A stretch of 64,000 nucleotides of DNA from Octopus sinensis (Eukaryota): assembly GCF_006345805.1 (NCBI RefSeq), contig NC_042998.1:171926001-171990000 (forward strand), read 5' to 3'. Positions within the stretch are counted from its first letter, which is position 1. Each line of letters begins with the position of its first letter. The notes under the pieces were generated by a model. It was not told where the DNA came from. It saw only the letters and a program-made list of their open reading frames with translations, and did not search any database. Positions 56,886-64,000 of this stretch are shown one piece after another. A program made the position numbers and the translations under genes.

Positions 56886-57690
56886 CTAAAAATGTGGAGA
56901 GAAAATAAACGTGTCTGAATTAATTGTGCTCCATATTGAGGTGACCGGAAAAAAGTGGCTGGCTGGCTGGCTGGCTGGCTGGCCATATGGGTAGCAAGGG
57001 AGACAACAGTGACCAAGTTAAAGCGTTTGTGCGTTAGCGTGTGTGCGTATGTACGAGTCTGTATGGGCGAGCGCGTATCTATGTGTGTGTGAGCAAGAAC
57101 GTGTGTGAGCAAGAACGTGTGTGAGTATAAAGATTATGTGAGTTTGTGTATGCGTATGCAGTATGCATGGGAACACATGTATGTATGCGCGCACGTGTGC
57201 GAACATGCATGTGTGTGTGAGTTTGTGTGTATGTGTGTGTGTGAAACGATATATGTATGCGTAGAGGCGGATTTAGGTGAAAAGTTGAGACCACGGGGGA
57301 CTAAGGAAGAGAGAGAGGGAAAATTAAACCTTGCTCACAACGGAGGTGGGGAGTTCGGGTGACCTCTGTGCAAGACCAGTCTAAACACAAACAGGTGTTG
57401 CAGGGGGTTGGCCGGTCGAGCGGAGGTGGCCCGAGACCGGGGTGTCATCATCGAGCCCGATGTCCTGAAAATGTTCGGCAAACCAGTCAGCTATGTGCCA
57501 GCCAGTTTATACAGGGATTCACTGAGAGAGCAGAGGATGCACATGAATGAGTCGGTGATGTGGTAGGGCGTGGTACCGGTGAGGAAAGCAGTGTTAGAGA
57601 ATGGGAGAAGAAGCCAGGTTGAGTACCAGAAGTGAAGAAGCTACAGACCAGATCATGTAGGTTACGAGCACGTTGGAGCACACGCTGTAT
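56640..57690 (-). mobile_element. Penelope-like (Neptune-type) 3' portion: GIY-YIG relic, microsatellite spacer and eroded hammerhead
   Basis: HITDSFMC...FAEHFQDI...PVSGHLRS...CEQGLIF...PRGLN (57270-57560); gtaggctcGAAACGTC at ~56750-56766. Confidence 0.7.
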
Positions 57691-57716
57691 GTGCATGTGT
57701 GTATCTGGGTTGGTGT

Positions 57717-57952
57717 TTACTCTTTACTCTTTTTTACTCTTTTACTTGTTTCAGTCATTTGACTGCGGCCATGCTGGAGCACCGCCTTTAATCGAGCAAC
57801 TCGACCCCGGGACTTATTCTTTTGTAAGCCCAGTACTTATTCTATCGGTCTGTTTTGCCGAACCGCTAAGTAACGGGGACATAAACACACCGGCATCGGT
57901 TGTCAAGCAATGCTAGGGGAACAAACACAGACACACAAACACACACACACGC

Positions 57953-58008
<56 letters not shown>

Positions 58009-58171
58009 GACGGCCTTCTTTCAGTTTCCGTCTACCAAATCCACTCACAAGGCTTTGGTCGGCCCGAGGCTATAGTAGAAGACACTTACCCAAGATGCCA
58101 CGCTGTGGGACTGAACCCGGAACCATGTGGTTGGTAAACAAGCTACTTACCACACAGCCACTCCTGCGCCT
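57717..58171 (-). mobile_element. tRNA-derived SINE (major family)
   Basis: Full-length reverse-complement copy. Confidence 0.9.
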
Positions 58172-59417
58172 TTGTGCAGAAATAATTTATAATTCTCGAA
58201 AAACTCGAGAAAAGTACAAAAAAATTTAGCACCCTATACAAGGAAAAGGGGAGTGTATATTTATTGGCATTAATGTATACCTTGTTAATCTTGTACCAAC
58301 TCTCCCCCCTTGGTATTACTTCAAAGGTAAACTTTCGAGAAAATATCGATATATTGGAACCTCGATGACGTTTTCAGAATAATGAAATTAATACTAAAAA
58401 TTGCACTTGTTTGGCTAGTGATTTGATCTAAGATTGTGAGCTGTAACTAAGAAAATTACAGCATGAAGGACACATATTAGCAATTCATTAACAATATTAG
58501 AGAATTTTATCTCTATGTTAATCGTGGGTAGAAGTATTAACGTGCGAGAGTTGATGCGTGAGGAAATAAAGTCGGTATGTGACGGTGGAGTGAAGGGCGC
58601 GCTAATGTTTGAATATAAGTATGGGCAAAAACGGACAGTGAGATACATTGTAAACGCAGTCAAAAACAGCATGCCAGAACTAATTCCCATCGTAACTGAT
58701 AACTTTGATTCCTATAAAAGGGCAAAAGCTCCAAAGAAATATCTGGATAGTCTGAATCGAAAGAGGTAGCTGGCTGTCAATAGGATGTACAGAGCTTTCT
58801 AACGTCCAAAATAAATCTTACTCTGCACTTATATTATTGAAGTTTATTATATGCACATATAAGCCACTTTAATAAAAAAAACGTAAACGCATTCTTTCTA
58901 TGCTGTTAATGTGTGGAAAAATAAGGCAGGAGTTTCCTGACGGATAATCTCACCATTTGTTGGCTATTCCAAGAAGAATTCGTACTCGGTTTCTTTCCTC
59001 AAACAATAGCATAGATTGGCAGCTAATAAAGCGGTCACGAATTAGGCTAATACTGGCGTGGATAGCATAAGTTTTATATTCGTATTTTTGTCCGCACATA
59101 AATAGTGTATAAAAATATACTTACATTCTTACTTGTTCCACAATGTAGTTCTGTACCAAGGAAATATATTTCAATTCTTCTGATTTACGCAGTCTTGCAC
59201 ATAGTTATTACTGTCAAAACCACAAATGTGCAAAATAGGCTAGCAGTCACGGTGCTAACTTGGTACATGATTACTTAATATACACCTATTGATTGAAGAA
59301 GAAAACTGGATGCATTTTCTCTAAGGAATGGCCAACAGACTCCGAAATGGTCGCAAAAGAGAATCGTTCCCTTATTTTCAGTAGTGTTTTAAAAATGTGT
59401 TTACATTCATTATTCGA

Positions 59418-59488
<71 letters not shown>

Positions 59489-59490
<2 letters not shown>

Positions 59491-59592
59491 GGGTCACTGC
59501 CAGGAATTCGGAATCTTGGGGTTAGTAGCTCGCGCTCTTAACCACTACGCCATATGCCCCGAGATTCAGAGTTCGATTCCAGGCAGTGACCT
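59489..59592. mobile_element. Head-to-head pair of tRNA-derived mini-SINEs with (AAT)n tails
   Basis: The minus copy has A box tggcgtagtgg; the plus partial copy has B box gttcgattcc. Both end ggcagtgacc followed by (AAT)n. Confidence 0.7.
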
Positions 59593-59646
59593 AAATAATA
59601 ATAATAATAATAATAATAAATAATAATAATAATAATAATAATAAAA

Positions 59647-60201
59647 TGCCCCGATGCAGTACCAGGCAGTGGCTCTCAATGCTTCTAATCTTAACTGTTT
59701 GGAAGTGTTATCATGTACATTGTTTTGTCTTGGTATAAAAGATGGGCTACAGCAAATATTCTGTTCAATACCACAGATTTGCTTGTCAGTTGTTTGACCT
59801 TAACCAGTTGAGCATGTCCTTTAGTAGCTGACGATATGTGCATCTCTGATCATAAGCAGAAGTAGTGGGGGAGCATCATAGCCGTGTGTTGAAAGGAATT
59901 CATAGAGATTTGGATGATTCACCTTTGGAAACATGGGTGTTTCGTTCAACATCCTTAAACAACCCTTATTCAGGGACCTTTCGAGTGGGATGGGTTACTC
60001 AACCTGAAGGAAATTCTAACTGGGCCCCACCTGCAAGGTCATGTGATGTTTATCTTGATATGAGATCACCATGTCACGCACATATGGTTGTGATGCATGT
60101 GCCTAGTGTACCCTTATCAGACGGGTAGTCATGATGGGTATACTGGGCTTCGTATATTTTACCCCAGTGTCACTTTGATGGCATGCACTGCTCTCTCACT
60201 C
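59647..60201 (+). mobile_element. ~555 bp non-coding (TAA)n-targeted retroposon, full-length copy
   Basis: Three copies in the window, all in (AAT)n in sense orientation. Confidence 0.8.
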
Positions 60202-60297
<96 letters not shown>

Positions 60298-60426
60298 AAG
60301 AAGAAGAAGAAGAAGAAGAAGAAGAAGAAGAAGAACAACAACAACAACAACAACAGCAACAACAACAGCAACAACAACGTCGAAAAATACCTTAGAAATG
60401 AGAACACAGGTTCGAAATTTCCCCAA

Positions 60427-60472
60427 GACACCTGATGAAGGCTGGAGGGTATATCAGCCAAAACGTTGTGTT
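60427..60472 (+). ncRNA. Type-I hammerhead motif with an inactivating G12A change, in a Penelope-like 3' fragment (~60378-60560)
   Basis: gacac-CTGATGA-a-ggctg...cagcc-AAAACGTT-gtgtt. Confidence 0.7.
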
Positions 60473-61619
60473 AATAACAAGTAAGATGATGGCAAATATC
60501 CATCAAATGTAAATAATGTAAATAATGTATATAATTCTTCATCTCTTAAATATAGAACTGCATGTGTTTACATTGTTATTTAACTCACGATTCAGCTCTG
60601 TAATATATATATATTTATTTCAGTTTTTCTGAAATTGATAGATATTGTTTCGTGAGCTATGAGTCATCAGAAGTACAAATATGCAAATTATGCCTAAATT
60701 ATGACTACTTTATAAGCAGCTGATATATGCTACCGATTATGAAAGAAAGCCAGGTACATCTCTGAGGTGCAGTGAACAAAATGTGAAACAGTCCGTCTGC
60801 ACACTCCTTCTCTCTATGTGATCTGAACGACATTTTCCGTTTAGAAAGTACTAATTTCTCTCTCTGAAATTGCATTCATTCTGGCTTGTTTGACTAGAGC
60901 TTATAGGTTTTCGGTTCGTGTTTCACCATTTGTTAGCTTTATAACAATGTCTAGCATTAACAAAATTCTTGCTAAAGATCTTGCAATATCTGTATGAAAT
61001 GGGGAAGTGCATGCTAATTAGTGAAAGAAAAGTTCTAGCTACGTTACGTTTGTAGATATATTTGAATTACAGAGCAGATTAAACCAGGAGATATATTCTA
61101 TTTTTCACATGTGGTGTTCTTTGTTAGGAGCTTTTCTATCTATTTCGGTTTGGTATTGAGGCCACTGCGAGCTAGAACCCTATTGTAGCATGAACTGCTT
61201 TGTTGAGTATTCCTCTGTTCGATGTTAGTTTATATGTGTGTTTGATAATGCTTATAATGTGTTGTATGATTGTGCACAACTGATTGGAGCTACTACTCAT
61301 ATATTGTTTCTTCGTTGGGTTTAACATATGGACGTTTTTGCCATTGATTTAGTTTAATATAAGATGGAGTCTGACAGTCACTGTTTCAATGGACAAGACA
61401 GGCTACAGAAGCCACCAATAAGGGATAATAACTCCGAGCCGAAATCAAAGATTTTCATGTGGAGAGAGAATTTTACTTGCGCTGGTGTTGGAAAGCTTGT
61501 TGTCGAAATTAGAATTTTAAAAATGTAGAAATTAGTAAAAATGATTTGTAGAATTAATAAAATAATAATAATAAACAAACTTAACTAGCAAAAAAAGAAA
61601 AAAGAGAAAAAGATCCGCT

Positions 61620-62641
61620 AAAATAAAATATTTAGCTAAAACATTAATAATAACACTAAGCGAAATAATAATTTGCATTATACTTACTCGGATTAATTTC
61701 AATAATTTCTATATGGGTTTCTTGGTAAAGTTTGTCTCTCGTGATTCCTGATGGAAGAACACCTTTCGTCTTGAAACCAAAGATGGTCGTTTTTCTTCCA
61801 GTGCCGATTTAAACCACTCAAGCTGCTCGCAGTAGATCTCTTTTGTTATCGTTTGGCTTAGGTTTAAAAGTTCAAAGTGGATTAAATCTTTCATATCTCA
61901 CTAAACAGATAATAACACCTTACGTGGGTGAAAATCTTTAGCCTGGAGTGCCAGTGTTTCTGCTTCCCCTACATACTTTCTTCGGTGCTTGACATTTTTA
62001 TAGAGAACCCATTTCTCATCACCAGTTTTGGTCCAAAAAAAGGTTCATTCGTGAGACGCGACGACAAAGAAGAGCACACATTTACTCTCTGCATGCGATT
62101 AGACTAGGAAAGTTTGTGAGTAACCCATTTGTTGATTTTTCCAATAGCACGCAGGTGTCGATGAATGGTTGAATGACCAAATCTAAGCTTCTCTGCTAGT
62201 TCCTCAACAGTTACGATGGGATTTTGTTCCACCAGGGTTTGCAGGACGTCCTCGTCGTGCTCTACAGATCTTCCAGGACGAGGCTCGTGTTCTAGGTTGT
62301 AGTTTCTGCCTCGGATTTTCTGGAACCACTGTTGACACTAGCTTACACTTATTGCCCAATCCCCATGTACTGCATTAATATTCCTCGCACTTTCCGCTTC
62401 GTTGTTGCCTTTATTGAACTCATAAAGCAAAATATGCCGAATATGCTCCTTTGTCAATTCCATTATAGCTTTGAAAAAATAATCGAACTGCACTCTTCGA
62501 AACATGCACTAAGAATAAGGATAAAGAAAAAGTATTACCTACTTTTATAGCAAGTTGATGCAGATAGTTTATCCCATTCCCCTCAGACTTTTAGCTCATG
62601 CAATTGAAAAAAAATGCATTATTTATGAGATGACCCAATAT
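61620..62641 (-). mobile_element. Mariner transposon relic
   Basis: TGDEKW, IHFELL...EIYCEQL...FFHQ; terminal tattgggtcatctcataaataatgc. Confidence 0.85.
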
Positions 62642-62894
62642 ATATTCATGCCTATTATTCATTCCATAAGCAGCAAAGTTTGTAAAGATTTTGCTACAAT
62701 CTCCCTATTTTTCCACAGTCGTTGAGCGTGTGCTATAACGCAGGTAGTGCGACGGAAAACAAATGTGTGACCTGATAACCTCAGTGAAAACGACAACACC
62801 GGTCATCTATACGAGGGAAAATTAAGGTCTCATACACACATGAGTCCACCCACAGTGTGTGTCCCTTCATTGGTAGGGTGGTGTTATTGTTATC

Positions 62895-62937
62895 AACGAC
62901 CCAGGCAATGCCGGAGTGCATTGATGTCGAAAATTGA

Positions 62938-62971
<34 letters not shown>

Positions 62972-63022
62972 CAATATGGCTGTAGGTCATAACACCCGGG
63001 CAATGCCGGGGTGCATTGCTAG
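62895..63022 (+). mobile_element. Helitron 3' end (duplicated hairpin); a related minus-strand end lies at ~28712-28740
   Basis: cccgggcaatgccggg followed by CTAG-T; a similar hairpin at ~62900. Confidence 0.6.
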
Positions 63023-63032
63023 TGTGTGTATA

Positions 63033-63052
<20 letters not shown>

Positions 63053-63099
<47 letters not shown>

Positions 63100-63415
63100 A
63101 AAGAGAGTAAGGGAAGAGGTGGAGGAGGGGAAGGATAGAGAAAAAGTGAGAGAGACACACAGGCAGAGAGAGAAAGAAAGAGATAGATAGATAGCGGGAG
63201 AGAGTTACTGAGGAGATGGACGTGTAACAAAAGGCTATAGAATGATGGGGCTCCGTTTCCTGCTATGTTAAACTACCGTGTCGGTATAATTCTATCGATG
63301 GTGTATATAATTCTGACCAATATGGAATAGGGTTATTATGTTGTAACCAGAGTCATATATTACAAAATACAAACAGAAAACAAATTTTCGTTATTTCAGA
63401 AAGTTCATTTGTTTG

Positions 63416-63496
<81 letters not shown>

Positions 63497-63727
63497 CCTT
63501 GTGTTGTAAGTCTTGTACTCTATTTTTTCGTTGTTTAAGAAAAATGTCCATTTCCTTGGTTTTGTGTCTATGTTTTCGTTTCTCATTGTGTTCGACGTTT
63601 TTTTGGTGTCCTGTACCCATATATGCATGTATATATACATATAGATGTATGTACGTACATATATGTATGTACATATGCATATGATTTATTTATTAATTTG
63701 TTATTATATATATATATATATATATAG

Positions 63728-63761
<34 letters not shown>

Positions 63762-64000
63762 AAGAGAGTAAGGGAAGAGGTGGAGGAGGGGAAGGATAGA
63801 GAAAAAGTGAGAGAGACACACAGGCAGAGAGAGAAAGAAAGAGATAGATAGATAGCGGGAGAGAGTTACTGAGGAGATGGACGTGTAACAAAAGGCTATA
63901 GAATGATGGGGCTCCGTTTCCTGCTATGTTAAACTACCGTGTCGGTATAATTCTATCGATGGTGTATATAATTCTGACCAATATGGAATAGGGTATTATG
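63053..64000. repeat. ~290 bp direct repeat (63053-63340 and ~63715-64000), period ~660 bp
   Basis: Near-identical sequence from gagagtaagggaagagg to ggaataggg. Confidence 0.85.

Noticed and set aside
58515-58769. 84-aa ORF with ordinary composition
   Set aside because: No recognisable motif, homology or convincing splice context.
59489-59560. Functional tRNA gene
   Set aside because: The T-arm is deleted in the longer copy, the acceptor stem is poor and it has an (AAT)n tail; treated as a SINE.

Overview
AT-rich, microsatellite-dense eukaryotic DNA, most likely intronic or intergenic sequence from an octopus (cephalopod) assembly, judged from the abundant tRNA-derived SINE families and the repeat landscape. 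It contains one 100-N gap. No host protein-coding gene can be called with confidence; most ORF-track entries are translated microsatellites. Nearly everything identifiable is transposable-element derived: DD37D and DD34D Tc1/mariner relics, MITEs, Helitron pieces, two L1/Tx1 LINE fragments, stacks of R4/Dong-type restriction-like-endonuclease LINEs in (TAA)n, Penelope-like GIY-YIG relics and many SINEs. The main unexplained signal is RNA structure. About a dozen type-I hammerhead-ribozyme-like motifs lie in several non-coding ~450-470 bp families that are tandemly or invertedly repeated and sit in (TA)n tracts (retrozyme-like). One subfamily pair shows compensatory changes in all three helices. 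A second structural signal is a 3' stem-loop with an NGGNN pentaloop, shared by divergent Dong LINEs and a ~555 bp non-coding (TAA)n-targeted element. All alignments and folds were done by eye, and element boundaries are approximate.
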